From Marsupella aquatica (lineage: Eukaryota; Plantae; Marchantiophyta): DNA of 64,000 bases. The translations under genes and the position numbers were made by a program. This document shows positions 13,581 to 26,470 of this stretch, piece by piece. The stretch is from positions 22,277,722 through 22,341,721 of the forward strand of contig OZ316896.1 of NCBI GenBank assembly GCA_973895155.1, read 5' to 3'. The notes under the pieces were generated by a model. It made no database searches. It was given only the letters and a program-made list of their open reading frames with translations, and had not been told where the DNA came from. Numbering within the stretch: the first letter of the stretch is position 1; each line of letters starts with the position of its first letter.

Positions 13581-14052
13581 GTTTCCATTTGTCATTGGAC
13601 GATTTAAAAAAAACCCAAAACGATCTAATGGCCATACTTTCTTCCCGCCCTATCGACATTTTGTAAACGAATGAAAGCCCAAATTTGGCGGCATCCAATA
13701 TTATAGTGTTAGATTAAAAATGGACCATATGCATATATAGTCTGCTAGCCAAAGTTTTTGCCAGGGCGGTAACTGGATAGACACATGCTGTCAATAAGCG
13801 CAGTAAAATATGTTTTATCAGTGTTTGACAACCTAAACATAATACTAAGGCCGGGCCACTCATCCCATTATGGGATACTTAGTTCCCCTATACAGTCTCC
13901 CCACATACGCGGGTTGCCTGTATATGGTCGACTTCTCCATGGACTCCTCTTTTAAGGCAGGTGTTGTGAGAATTGGTTTGAATACTTTGATTTTTCACTC
14001 CACTTACGAGTTGAAATGAATGGGGTGGACCTGCAATTACCGTAGTCCAAAG

Positions 14053-14390
14053 ATCCTAACATCCTCTGTTGGATTGATGTGGACCACAGATGGCTTATAC
14101 TAAATTCCTTGTCCATGGACGAGCTCCATTGCATTGTGTTGAAATTGATCCTAACATCCTCTGTTGGATTGATGTGGACCACAGATGGCTTATACTAAAT
14201 TCCTTGTCCATGGACGAGCTCCATTGCATTGTGTTGAAATTGATCCTAACATCCTCTGTTGGATTGATGTGGACCACAGATGGCTTTTACTAAATTTCTT
14301 GTCCATGGACGAGCTCCTTTGCATTGTGTTGAAATTTCCTTGGACTTGGTCTCGCTTTCCTCTGTTGGATTGATGTGGACTATAGATGGC
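14053..14390. repeat. 95-bp tandem repeat, 3 copies plus a degenerate fourth
   Basis: atcctaacatcctctgttggattgatgtggacc at 14053, 14148 and 14243. Confidence 0.95.
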
Positions 14391-15192
14391 TGTTACTAAA
14401 CTCCTTTTCCATGGACGAACGCAGAAGCCTCACCAACTGCTCCACTCCGGGATGAAGGCAAGTAGCCAAATTCCGTCCCAGCAAACCAATTTAAGGACCC
14501 ATTCCAAGGATGTGGCATGGCACCAAGAAGTAGCTCGGCGAACATGGACATTTTGGGTTGGCCCATTCCAGGCCCAGAGGGGTCGAACATAATAGTAGGT
14601 GTGCGTCAATTAAGCTATCTATTGGTCTCCCAGATTCCTCTGTTGATCTCTACTTAATGTCACGAGGAGATCACTGTTGATTATGCTCAATTATACATTG
14701 GGATAGAATCTGCTCCCACACCAGCTGTGGCTCAATACGAGCAAATGCTCTTCCCTCTTCTCCAGTGCACTGGCTCCTTAGCTGACAACTCCAGGCCTTG
14801 GACCACAGTCGGTGATTTTATTGCACACAGACGGCTGCATTCCACGCAAATTGGTCAGCTCTACTCCTCTCTCAAACATGGTATCCAGTACCTGCAGGGA
14901 CCACATCCCAATCCCTCTGTTCCTCGCAGCGTTTAGGAGCACTTGGTGCTTAATTAGGTTCAATTCACCCAATCTTATGTGGCTCTGGCAAGTGGACGCG
15001 AAACTCAGTCTCCATGTGTTAACACGTTGTCTCAGTCCAATCCATTCATTCAAGGCACGCGGCCAATGACCACAAGGCTACGACACATTTGGAGTGATGG
15101 ATACAACCCTTCGCGCAAACTCAATTGGTCAAATCCTCTAAAGCAAACTGCGAATGAAGATCAAATTGAACCAACCTATTGGTATCGCTTTA

Positions 15193-16487
15193 TCAAACGG
15201 AATTCCACTTCTTCGTGGTTTCCTGTGGGTTAGTGTAATTGCGCAGCCTGGTCACTCTGCGTTTCCCCCTCTCCCCCGCATTCTCTCTCTGCTCCTCAAA
15301 CAGCCACCAGCCTGCCACAGGTTGCACGGTATCATCCTTCCCGTCATGATCTCTAGCTCTCACGCCACTGCTGGTAATCTCCATCCCAACGAGGCCAGCT
15401 ACCATTACGGTATTGAACTCAGCTCCGTTGTCGACAAGTTTTACATTCACCTCCGCATAAGCAGGCGGTATTGTCTTCGTGTCGACTCGATGATAGCCCA
15501 CCCCATCCATTGTCAAACTCGCAAGCTCACTACCGTCCCAGTTTATCGTCTCCCCCATTGTTTCTTCCGAGTACAGCGGCTTTCCTTCTTTGTCGAAAAG
15601 CAGAACGCCGTGATCCAGCCAGACAGGTACGTCGGCCCACTCCCTCCACCAGAATGGTGCGCGATTTTCTGCCAGAAATCCTTAATTTCTTCTGAATCTG
15701 GTTCCTCGAACGACCGCACGAATCCAGCCAGGACAGGCCTGAGGAGGGAATGCCACCGCGCCGTCTGTTCACCATACGAAGCAAGCTTCTCGGCTCTGAG
15801 AACAAGTTTCTCCCAGTCAGTCCTTTTGCCCAGGAGAGTCACAGCCGGTAGGCCGCATAACAATTCAAACTCATAGCTGAAGTAAGCCTTCAGCGTGGCC
15901 ATCATAACGACCGAGGAGACAATCACATCATTGACGGTCGTCGTGCTGAAATTCGGGATGATCCATTCGCGCAGCTCCGGATCCTTGACTTTCCGCTGGA
16001 TTTCGTGCCCCATCTGCTCCGCCATGGCGCCGAAATTAACATCATAGCGAGAACCCACGGCTGAGACGACTAGATGTTCCTGCCCTTCGTGTTCGACGAA
16101 GAGGTGACGAAGCGTTTCAGCGTTCGCATTCACGTAGAGGTTAAACTGAGTGAGGATGGCGATCCAGACATCGTCGGGCCGGAGGACGAGGTGATGGTGG
16201 TAGCTGTACGCCCCCACGGCAGTGTTCACGAGGCCGTTCATGTCCGGGCATACAGAAGACTTCGAGAGGTCAGTAGTAGCAAAGCGTTCAGCCCATTTAG
16301 AGACGCTTGATGATGAGTTTGAGCTGCGTGCCGCGAACGAGCTCTGGAAGATCTCTCTGCATTTCTCGGAGATGGGTGTGCAGCAGGCCCGCTCGAGCAG
16401 ATCCCTTGCGTCCCTAGCCGCTGTCTTGTACCCCGTGCTGCTCACCCTAGAGAGCGGCTTCGTCGAGGGATGCACTGTAATCGTCAT
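15193..16487 (-). pseudogene. DUF4419 family gene, copy B, frameshifted
   Basis: Near-identical to copy C, but has an A4 run instead of A5 at about 15596-15599 (tgtcgaaaag vs tgtcgaaaaag). This splits it into ORFs 15543-16487 and 15193-15558. Confidence 0.9.
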
Positions 16488-19400
16488 GACGAAATTCTAG
16501 CCGGGTTTTCTCGATGCGATCAGCGAAGCTTCGAAGACGAGATATGGAGGCTACGATCTCTTCTCTTCAAACAACTATGATTCACTACTGTGAGGTAATT
16601 TGGATTCAGAAGGCTACGAGTGCTTCTCTTCAACTACTTCAATGATTGAACAACGTGAGGTAATTCGGATTTCAGGACTTCCACGACATTCAAGCCGGGT
16701 TTTCTCGACGCAATCAAACGGAGCTATGTGGAGGCTACGAGTACTTCTCTTCAACTACTTCACTGATTGAGCAACGTGAGCTAATTCGGATTCAGGAATC
16801 CCACGATATTCAAGCCGGGTTTTCTCGAAGCGATCAATGCAGCTTCGAAGGCAAAATTTCCAATGTGCGAAAATTCAGATTCGGGACTCGTACTGGAAGA
16901 GAAAGATATAGCTCGACAGCTGCTGATCACCGATTCCCGCATGTCCTCAAAAACGTGCCTCAAAATTAGCAATTGGACAGAATTGGACAGAAATTAGCAT
17001 TTTCCCGAAGCCATTGCCTGACGGTAATTGCATACCGTAAACACTTTCGTGCATTATATCCCACCATAAACACTTTCAGTGCATTATATCCCACCATGCC
17101 CTCTAACCAGGACATTATCCTATTCATATTTCAGTGCATTATATCCCACCATGTCCTCTAACTAGGTCATTATCCTATTCATAAAGTAGTGTGCTAATGC
17201 TAAGTGGCAACGCGGCAAGCACCCACAGGTTCAATGTATTGTTCATGGTGGTAATTGCGAGTTATTTGTTTGGTCGACCCCCAAAATGAAACTTGTTACT
17301 TGATCGACCCCTGAGGTCTATCAACGGTCCAGATTTGGTGACAGAGCCAAATCCCAGCTCCATGATTTAACGCTTCCATCAAGAATTGGAATGACGATCA
17401 TCATGTATGTTCATCAAGTCGTGCTGGCTTTGTGGTGTGTGTAAGTTTCATTGGACTTTGTCTCTCCTCTGTTGGATTGATGTGGACTACACATGACTTT
17501 TACTAAATTCCTTGTCCATGGACGAGCTCCTTTGCATTGTGTTGAAATTACTTTAGACTTGGTCTCGCTTTCCTCTGTTGGATTGATGTGGATTATAGTT
17601 TGCTGTTACTAAATTCCTTTTCCATGGACGAACGCAGAAGCCTCACCATGGTCCACTCCGGCTGAAGGCAAGTAGCTAAATTCCGTCTCAGCAAACCTAT
17701 TCAAGGACCCATTCGATGGATGTGGCATGTCACCAAGAAGTAACTCAGCGGACATCGACATATTGGGTTGGTCACCGTCTTGCAGGCCCAGAGAGTCAAA
17801 TATAATGATGAGTGTAAGTGTGTCCGCCAATTAAGTTTTCTAATTGGTCTCCCAGATTCCCTATGTTGATCTCTACTTCAATGGCACAAGGAGATCGCCG
17901 TTGGGTATGCCAAATTATACTGCGCCCAAACGAGCTCTGGCTCAATGAGAGAAAATACTCTTCTCCAGTGCACTGAGGAGAGCTCCGTAGCTGACAACTC
18001 CAGGGCTTGGACCACAGTCGGTGATTTTATAGCACACAGACGGCAGCAGCCCTTGCACCTGTCTTTGCACAAGCACTAAGGGCTGCATTCCAGGCAAATT
18101 GGTCAGCTCTGTTCCTCTATCAGTACCTGCAGGGCGTATATCCCAATCCCTTTCTTCCTTCTAGCGTTTAGGAGCACTTGGGGCTTAATTAGGTCCGATT
18201 CACCCAATCTTCTGTGGCTATGGCAAGTGGAACCGAAACTCAGTGTCCCTATGTTAACACGTTGTCTCAGTCCAATCCATTCATTCAAGGCACGCGGCCA
18301 ATGACCAGAAGGCTACGACACATTTGGCGTGATGGATACAGCCCGTAGCTCAAACTCAATTGGTGAAATCCTCTCAAGCAACGGCGAATGAAGTTCAAAC
18401 TGAACCAATCTATTGATATTGCTTTACCGAACGAATTTCGACCCTGAACCATGCTTGCTTTACATTGCAAGTGAACAGTGTCACATCGTACATTGAATGT
18501 ATGACTGAACGCTGGTCAACAATACATGAGTTTAGTGCTCCCAGCGCACGCAATCTATTGCTGGGACAGAATACTACTGGTACCTAGAAAGTTAAGGCAG
18601 TCTCGGCAAAACTGTTGGTTCACTCATAGGCTTATACACAACCACTTTTTTTTTTTAGATTTATATCTTATTAAAAATGGACCGTATACATATATGGTCT
18701 GCTAGGCAATTGTTTTTGCCAGGGGGGTAGCTGGGGTATACACGATGCTGTCAATAAGCTCAGTAAAATATGTTTTATCAGTGTTTGACAACCTTAAATT
18801 TATACTAAGGCCGGGCCACTCATCCCATTCTGGGATATTTAGTTCCCCTACAGAGTCTCCCCGCATACCCGAGTAGTCTGTATATGGTCGACTTCTCCAT
18901 GGACTCCTCTTTTAAGGTAGGGGGTTTGATTACTTTGGATTTTCACTCCCCCTACGAGTTGAAATGAATGGGGTGGACCTGCAATTACCGTACTCCAAAG
19001 ATCCTAATATTTTTTCTGTTACGAGTTTATCTTTGGATCATCTTCTTGCATCACCATGAAGAAATACTTCATGTTTAAATGGAATTTTCATTAACACCTG
19101 ATTTGCATCCAAATGAAATCTAAATTACCGTGACAATGTATCTTCATGAGTTCATGAAGAGGATTGGTATATAATTGTTTAGTCATTTGATGTCATCAGT
19201 TGTTTTGTGCAGGATGTTTTTGAGAATGTAGTTGTGGAGGAGGCATCTTCCTCAAGATATGGCGATGCAATGGCCCTAGCGGATCACATTATCGTTTGCA
19301 AGCCAATGTGCAAAATCTCTCACCAGTTTTACAGCTTGACGAGATTTCTTCTTGAATGTTTGGACAGACTTGAGTGAGCACTTCTCGCAACATGTCATTT

Positions 19401-21381
19401 TTTCGTTCCCTTAGCAAACTTCCTTTGATTGCAGACTCAGACTCCTCAGCTCAAGGAGGACTCTCCCTTCCAACATTTGTTTCGTGTAAGTCTGCACTCA
19501 TACCTTCCGGAGACCACGGCACGGTCAGAAGGTGACCCAAGACCGATACTTCAGTCCCCTGCCGTTTGGACGAGGAGATTGAAAACTCTGGGTCTTCATA
19601 GTGAAGTTTGGATTGCTCGACCGACTGGTAGATTCAGCGAGCTCATACATCTGAAACTAAATCTTTTCAGTAAAAAAGTAAACTACGCACAACATGTTGA
19701 CAGATCTCCCCAAGCGTCCATGGAAGACTGATGGAGACTGATGTACAAGTGTGCATAGCAGTGTTTTGTCTTGGTACATCATGAGAGTAGTACAGAAGAC
19801 CGCCCAGTCTCATCCCATGCTTATTCTCGTGTACACCAAGCAAAACCGGGAATCACAATTTCGCCGGATGAAATTTTGAGGGACTCAAAAGAGAGAATAT
19901 GAAATGCTGATGCCAAATGGAACTCACACTGCTAAAAATGTCAGAGATTGCTACGTGACCTGTGTATTTCAGACCGCTCTGATATGGTTTGAAAAATGAG
20001 CGCCACCTTTTTGCCAGTCCAGATTATCGAATGTTCAATTTGACAAATTCAAGTTCAAATTCAAGCACAAATTTGACAATCTGGGTTTCTTAATCTAGAA
20101 AAGTCGAGCTTGTCCAGCCCGAGCGCACATGGAGCTCCATGACAACGTACCTGTCAACTGTTTGAAATTGAGGCTCATGGCTAGAGATTTCGCCCGAGTT
20201 TCTGGACATGCTTTTCCCGAAGTATCACCGTTGTGGTGAGCCAATTCAAATTGTGCATCTCAGCTCCGTAATTGAACCCCATCAAGATTTGGAATGACCA
20301 TCATCATGAATGTTCATCAAGTTACGCTCTCTTTGTATTGTATTGAAATTTATTTGGAGTTTGTCTCTCCTCTGTTGGATTGATGTGGACTAGAGATGAC
20401 TTTTACTAAATTCCTTGGCGATGGACGAGGTCCTTGGCATTGTATTCCAATTTCATTAGACTTGGTCTCGCTTTCCTCTGTTGGATTGATTTGGACTATA
20501 GATGGCTCTTACTGAATTCCTTTTCCATTGACGAACGCAGAAGCCTCACCAACTGATCCACTCCGGCTGAAGGCAAGTAGCCAAATTCCGACCCAGCAAA
20601 CCAATTCAAGGACCCATTCGAACGAAGGATGTGGCATGTCGCCAAGAAGTAACTCAGCGGACATAAACATATTGGGTTGGTCACCATCTATGACCTATTG
20701 CAAGCCCAGAGAATCAGATATAATGGTAAGTAAAGTGTTCCCGTCAATGAAGTTTTCTAATTGGTCTCCCAGATTCCCTACGTTGACCTCTACTTTAATG
20801 GCACAACGAGATCACCGTTAGGTATGCTAAATTATGCATTGGGATTGAATCCCACCTTTCGCATCTGCGCCCACACGAGCTCTGGCTCAATGAGAGCAAA
20901 TACTCGTCTCCAGTGCACTGAGGAGAGCTCCGCAGCTGACAACAGTCGGTGATTTTATAGCACACATACGGCAGCAGCCCTTGCAACTGTCTTTGCACAA
21001 GCAATAAGGGCTGCATTGCAGGCAAATTGGTCAGCTCTACTCCTCTGTCAGTACCTGCAAGGCGCACATCCCAATCCCTCTCTTCCTTCTAGCGTTTAGG
21101 AGCACTTGGGGCTCAATGAGGTCCAATTCACCCAATCTTCTGTGGCTATGGCAAGTGGAAGCGAAACTCAGTCTCCATACGCTAACACGTTGTCTCATTC
21201 CAATCCAATCATTCAAGGCACGCGGCCAATGACCAGAAGGCTACGACACATTTGGCGTGCCCTTAGCTCAAACTCAATTGGTGAAATCCTCTCAAGCAAC
21301 TTCGAATGAAGTTCAAACTGAATCAATCTATTGATATTGCTTTATCAAACGAATTTCCACTCCTTTGTGATTTCCTTCAGG

Positions 21382-22635
21382 TTAGTGCAATTGCGCAGCC
21401 TGGTCACTCTGCCTTTCTCCCTCTCCCTTGCATTCTCTCTGCTCCTCAAACAGCCACCAGCCTGCCACAGGTTGCACGGTATCATCCTTCCCGTCATGAT
21501 CTCTAGCTCTCACGCCACTGCTGGTAATCTCCATCCCAACGAGGCCAGCTACCATTACGGTGTTGAACTTAGCTCCGTTGTCGTCCAGTTTGACATTCAC
21601 CTCGGCATAAGCAGGCGGTATTGTCTTCGTGTCGACTCGATGATAGCCCACCCCATCCATTGTCAAACTCCCAAGCTCACTACGGTCCCAGTTTTTCTTC
21701 TCCCCCACTGTTTGATCCGAGTACAGCGGCTTTCCTTCTTTGTCGAAAAAGCAGAACGCCGTGATCCAGCCGGACAGGTACCTCGGCCCACTCCCTCCAC
21801 CAGAACGGTGCGCGATTTTCTGCCAGAAATCCTTAATTTCTTCTGAATCTGGTTCCTCGAACGACCGCACGAATCCAGCCAGGACAGGCCTGAGGAGGGA
21901 ATGCCACCGCGCCGTCTGTTCACCATACGAAGGAAGCTTCTCGGCTCTGCGAACAAGTTTCTCCCAGTCAGTCTTTTCGCCCAGGAGAGTCACAGCCGGT
22001 AGGCCGCATACCAATTCAAACTCATAGCTGAAGTAAGCCTTCAGCGTGGCCATCATAACGACCGAGGAGACAATCACATCATTGACGGTCGTCGTGCTGA
22101 AATTCGGGATGATCCACTCTCGCAGCTCCGGATCCTTGACCTTCCGCTGGATTTCGTGCCCCATCTGCTCCGCCATGGCGCCGAAATTAACATCATAGCG
22201 AGAACCCACGGCTGAGACGACCAGATGTTCCTGCCCTTCGTGTTCGACGAAGAGGTGTCGAAGCGTTTCCGCGTTCGCATTCACGTAGAGGTTAAACTGA
22301 GTGAGGATGGCGATCCAGACATCGTCGGGCCGGAGGACGAGGTGATGGTGGTAGCTGTACGCCCCCACGGCAGTGTTCACGAGGCCGTTCATGTCCGGGC
22401 AGACAGCAGACTTCGAGAGGTCAGTAGCAGCGAAGCGTTCAGCCCATTTAGAGACGCTTGATGATGAGTTTGAGGTGCCTGCCGCGAACGAGCTCTGGAA
22501 GATCTCTCTGCATTTCTCGGAGACGGGTGTGCAGGCCCGTTCGAGCAGATCCTTTGCGTCCCTAGCTGCTCTCTTGTACCCCGTGCTGCTCACGCTAGAG
22601 AGCGGCTTCGTCGACGGATGCACTGTAATCGTCAT
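21382..22635 (-). CDS. Intronless DUF4419-domain protein, copy C (417 aa from ATG 22635)
   Basis: Open frame containing NGLVNTAVGAYSYHHHLVLRPDDVWIAILTQF..YVNANAETLRHLFVEHEGQ, PNFSTTT, YFSYEFELVCGLPAVTLLGEKTDW, FWQKIAH..GGGSGPRYLSGWITAFCFF. These motifs are recognised as DUF4419 (PF14388). Confidence 0.85.
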   Translation of the reverse strand: MTITVHPSTKPLSSVSSTGYKRAARDAKDLLERACTPVSEKCREIFQSSFAAGTSNSSSSVSKWAERFAATDLSKSAVCPDMNGLVNTAVGAYSYHHHLVLRPDDVWIAILTQFNLYVNANAETLRHLFVEHEGQEHLVVSAVGSRYDVNFGAMAEQMGHEIQRKVKDPELREWIIPNFSTTTVNDVIVSSVVMMATLKAYFSYEFELVCGLPAVTLLGEKTDWEKLVRRAEKLPSYGEQTARWHSLLRPVLAGFVRSFEEPDSEEIKDFWQKIAHRSGGGSGPRYLSGWITAFCFFDKEGKPLYSDQTVGEKKNWDRSELGSLTMDGVGYHRVDTKTIPPAYAEVNVKLDDNGAKFNTVMVAGLVGMEITSSGVRARDHDGKDDTVQPVAGWWLFEEQRECKGEGERQSDQAAQLH

Positions 22636-24959
22636 GACGAAATTCAAGCCGGGTTTTCTCGATGCAATCAGCGAAGCTTCGAAGGCGAGATCTGAAGGCT
22701 GCGAGTGCTTCTCTTCAACTACGACAATTCACCCCAATGTAAGGTAATTCGGATTCAGGACTCCCACGAAATTCAACCGGGTTTACTCGACGCGATCAAC
22801 GGATCTTCGAAGGCGAGTGCCTCTCTTCAACTACTACAATGATTGACCAACGTGAGCTAATTCGGATTCAGGACTCCCACGACATTCAAGCAGGGTTTCT
22901 CGAAGCTATCAATGGAGCTGTCGAAGGCAAAATTCGGAGGCCACGAGAGCTTCTTTAAAAAAACTACGATGGTTGGTCCAATGTGCGAAAATTTCAGATT
23001 CGGGACTCCTACTGATGAGTTGCAGGATGTCAATTCACTGGAAGAGAAAGATATAGTTCGACAGCTGCTGATCACCGATTCCCGCATGTCCTCAAAAACG
23101 TGCCTCAAAATTAGCAATTGGACAGAATTGGACAGAAATTAGCATTTTCCCGAAGCAATTGCCTGGGTAATTACGGACCCCACTAGAGGTCCCTTCCAAA
23201 ATTCCTGGCACCACAGCGTGCCACGTCAACAACAAACAGGAACGAATTGGTCTCCACAATGAAATTATGCCCACATTCGTGTTTGCGACAAGATTTTGGT
23301 AAAACTGGGGACGCCATGCCGTAAAAATTCATGTAAACTTGTTTTACAATTAATCGTATTATTTACCTTTAGATAACAAATTATTGAAGTTGAGATAGAC
23401 AATAACCGTTTTTTCTACCCCTAAATAACGGAATGCACAACATTAAGTAATAACAATAAATAACAATAACCATTAAGTAATAAAAAAAATTAAATGTGTA
23501 ATCGAAATTAAGTAAGCACTTGTCACTAGAAACAGTTAAGTAAGTTTCTAGTGACAGTAGTGGATTAACGTCCACTACAATCCATCCCGCCCGCAATCCA
23601 AACTGTAACGAGTGCTCCTCCGCTCCACAACCTCTGCACGAATTCTCGTTGTTGATTTTGATGGTGATGGTGCGGTGAATGTGTGCATACGCAATGTTGA
23701 GAGAAACGAGAAGGTGAGAAAGAAGCTGCCCGATCGAAGATTCGATAACAAAGAAACCAGAAGTTCGATAACAAAGAAACCAGAAGAGGGATTATTCATA
23801 AGGACCGGGGTAGAGAAGAGCGGAAAACAAGCGACCTGAGCAGAAGAAAAAGGCAAAAGCAGATCGATCGAGACAAAAAGAAAAGTGAAACTGAACCCCG
23901 ATCTAAGGCCGAAAACTCACAAGCAAAAGAGAGAATTGAAGCAGCATAAGCATCGGGAGGCACTGGCGAAATAGAATTGACAAGGAGATTTGAAACGCAC
24001 AGAAAGAAACATCGAGAAACGAAATTGAAAAGAAAGAACAAAATCAAACAGACTGAAGAAGAACCGATAAGGACTTGAGCATAGAACCGAGGGCACTCGA
24101 TCAAGAAAGCTGAGAGAATCACTGAGAAAAGGCATGACTAACTAAGGCAAAAATTGAAGAACGAGAAATAGAAGCGCCGGCCCCGGAAGCAGCCCAAGAT
24201 TTTCAATTGGTGAGAGCCGATTTCCCAACTACGAACCTCTGTTATCTGATCGACCTCCAAACAGTACCTACAATACTGCTTTGAATTCATCACTGCTAGT
24301 TCTCAACTGCGCTGATCGAGAAGGAACACAGTTACACTGGTAGGAGTTCTAGGGGAAGATCGAGATGTGGGGAAGATCGAGATGTGGGCAAATTATTCGA
24401 CAGCAGATAGCACGACAATCACCCCATATCTATCATTTGGAGAGAGAACTCGAGGCACGCACAACGACCCACTGGATATACTAACAATGTAGACCTGTTT
24501 GTCTTCATTTGGTGAATTATCCATAGTTTTCCACCTTATCCTAATTGTCTACATTTGCCAAGGGACTAGATGTCTGTACAGATAAGAACTGTGCAAGATT
24601 ACAAATAATTGAGTAGCTAAGAAAATCCCTATAGAAGGAAGAACTTGGGAAGAGCGTACTGATTCCATTCGATAATGGAAATTCGGCGACAAGAAGCATC
24701 TTCTGTCTAATTGTCAGTTCAATGGACTTATTGGATGCAAGTGCGGTTTGAAAATGACTTGTGCTATCTCTTTCGGGTTTATCCAGGTTAATCGATACTG
24801 CGAAGAGGCTTGCATAAGAGATGAATTTTGAAAGTGGAGAATTGTAGCAAACAACAATGTCGTGAAGACAAACTACGAGGACTTAAGCTGGAAGCAAAAT
24901 GATGTCGAAGGTAAACTCCTGCTGCTGCGTGTTCTTCATAAGTACAGAGTAGGAACGAA

Positions 24960-25969
24960 AAGACAACACTAATCTAAGGACTTGAGTCATCGATATTGCC
25001 ACTCTTTGCGTACATGTGAACCAGTGCATTGGCCACACGCAATTCCGACTCCAGTCCGGCTTTGCTAGCATGGCCATGGACCTCCTTCAGCCAAACCAAA
25101 GCCCCAACACTTGCAGATGAATTCAGAATGCACAGATAAGTGATTGCATTTGGTTCTTAACATTCCCGTCTCATTTGGCGAAACAGTCGATATGCTTCCT
25201 GACCGCAACCACGTTCTGCATACGCGCCAATCATGGTATTAAACGTGATTACATTGGTCTTCAATTTATCAAAACTCAATCGGGCATCATCAATGCTACC
25301 ACTTTTCGCGTACATGTGAACAAGAGCATTGCCCACACGCAAATCCGACTCCAGTCCTGCTTTGCTAGCATGGCCATGAACCGCCTTCACCCACGCCAAA
25401 GCCCCTGCACTTGCAGATGCATTCAGAATGTTCGCATAAGTGATTGCATTGGGCTCCAAGCCTTCCCTCCTCATGTCGAGAAATAGTCGATATGCTTCCA
25501 AACCAAGACCACTTGCTGCGTATGCTCCAATCATTATGTTCCAGGTAATTAGATCTCGTCTTTTCATTCTATCAAACAATAGTCGGGCATCATCTATATT
25601 ACCACTTGCGGCATAGGCATCAATCATCACACTCCAGGTGATGAAATTTTGATGAGTCAAGTTGTCAAAAGCTCGCCTTGCCTCCGTGATGCACCCACAA
25701 TTTGCATACATCTGAAGGAGGGCAGTCCCTACACGCACATCTGATTCAAGACCGGCATGTCGAATACACACATGAACTTCTTTTCCCCATTCTGGAGCTA
25801 ATGGACTAGCACATGCCTTCAGGATGCACATATATTTGATGTCATTAGGCGGTCTACCTTCTTTGCGCATCAGTTTGAAAATTTGCAGTGTTGATTCAGC
25901 GTGATCACTCTTAGCATATCCTGCAATCATCATATTCCAAGTGACAGACAAAAAGAAAATGATCACCAC
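24960..25969 (-). pseudogene. PLS-class pentatricopeptide repeat (PPR) gene fragment
   Basis: P-L-S repeats: VTWNMMIAGYAK..PNDIKYMCILKACAS..GKEVH..SDVRVGTALLQMYANCG..DLITWNIMIGAYA..PNAITYANIL..SDLRVGNALVHMYAKSG. Degenerate repeats continue to about 24960. No N-terminus or E/DYW domain. Confidence 0.92.
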
Positions 25970-26224
25970 AAGCTCTCCGTTTCATCTGCGCAGCTCCCCT
26001 GAGAAAGAAACAGCCACTCTTCCATTTTTGAAATTGAAGGACAGGAAAAGATATGCATCTGGCACGAGTTAATTTTTAGCAATTTGGGTAGTCGATGATT
26101 GAAACAAGGCTGACAATCCCAGGCTCTGCTCTTCTCCCCCGAATCTGTCTATGGATATGTCTATGGAGCAGAAGAAGGTCGGGAGTGGGGGACTGAGGGA
26201 GTGGGGACTGAAGGAGTGATGAGT

Positions 26225-26470
26225 ATTGAGACTTGCTTGCAATGCGCTACCCGCTTGTATGGCTCGACGGTCACGGAGGGCAATATCATCAGCGTGTCTG
26301 GTGTTGTGCCCGATGAGCTGATGACCGGCCTACTCTCCGCTTGCCGGAGCGGCCAATTCAATCGGGCCCAGGCTGTGGTGACCAATGTTATTGCGGAGGG
26401 GCACCTTGTGTCGCAGATTTTGAGCCAGTTGTTCGGTTTGGTTATTAAAGCGCCAAAAATCACCGATGGA
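26225..26470 (+). pseudogene. Internal fragment of a replication factor C small subunit (human RFC4/yeast Rfc2-like)
   Basis: IETCLQCATRLYGSTVTEGNIISVSGVVPDELMTGLLSACRSGQFNRAQAVVTNVIAEGHLVSQILSQLF matches the RFC lid/collar region. It lacks the AAA+ core and the C-terminus. Confidence 0.8.

Larger units (their letters stand above)
7600..13713 (-). mobile_element. Canonical Helitron (HLE1), 5' part only, truncated within the RepHel N-terminal region
   Basis: ORFs 8277-8684, 8016-8264 and 7562-7957 carry Helitron N-terminal motifs (MNIKCRQCKALHW...GKVRLPPL; FRKNIQGYNNALAFTSLG..GPYSFRIQGALYHRAGSLLP..PKFAQLYIHDT; NPYVKVFK..RRYN..DIIL..LQRISEWHRSY). A minus-strand 5'-TCTAACACTATAAT terminus at 13713 is preceded by A, at the point where the sister unit (about 18670) reads ctta|ttaaaaatggacc. 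No 3' CTRR end was found. Confidence 0.85.
13714..23171. repeat. Local segmental duplication array of a DUF4419-containing unit: unit B 13714-17250, partial unit 17400-18440, unit C 18671-23171 resuming at 36211; remnant unit A at 5830-6780
   Basis: 13714-14060 matches 18671-19010. 14360-15190 matches 17570-18440 and 20470-21350. 15230-17030 matches 21380-23171. Confidence 0.9.

Noticed and set aside
11728-13698. Many overlapping 60-250 aa ORFs on both strands
   Set aside because: A by-product of very high GC content (few stop codons). The translations are Pro/Ala/Arg/Gly-rich with no recognisable motifs.
9870-14390. 161-bp and 95-bp arrays as possible CRISPR arrays
   Set aside because: Head-to-tail repeats without unique spacers, no cas genes, and a eukaryotic context.
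15154-22747. Plus-strand ORFs such as 15154-15876, 21331-21846 and 22373-22747
   Set aside because: Antisense shadows of the GC-rich DUF4419 coding sequence.
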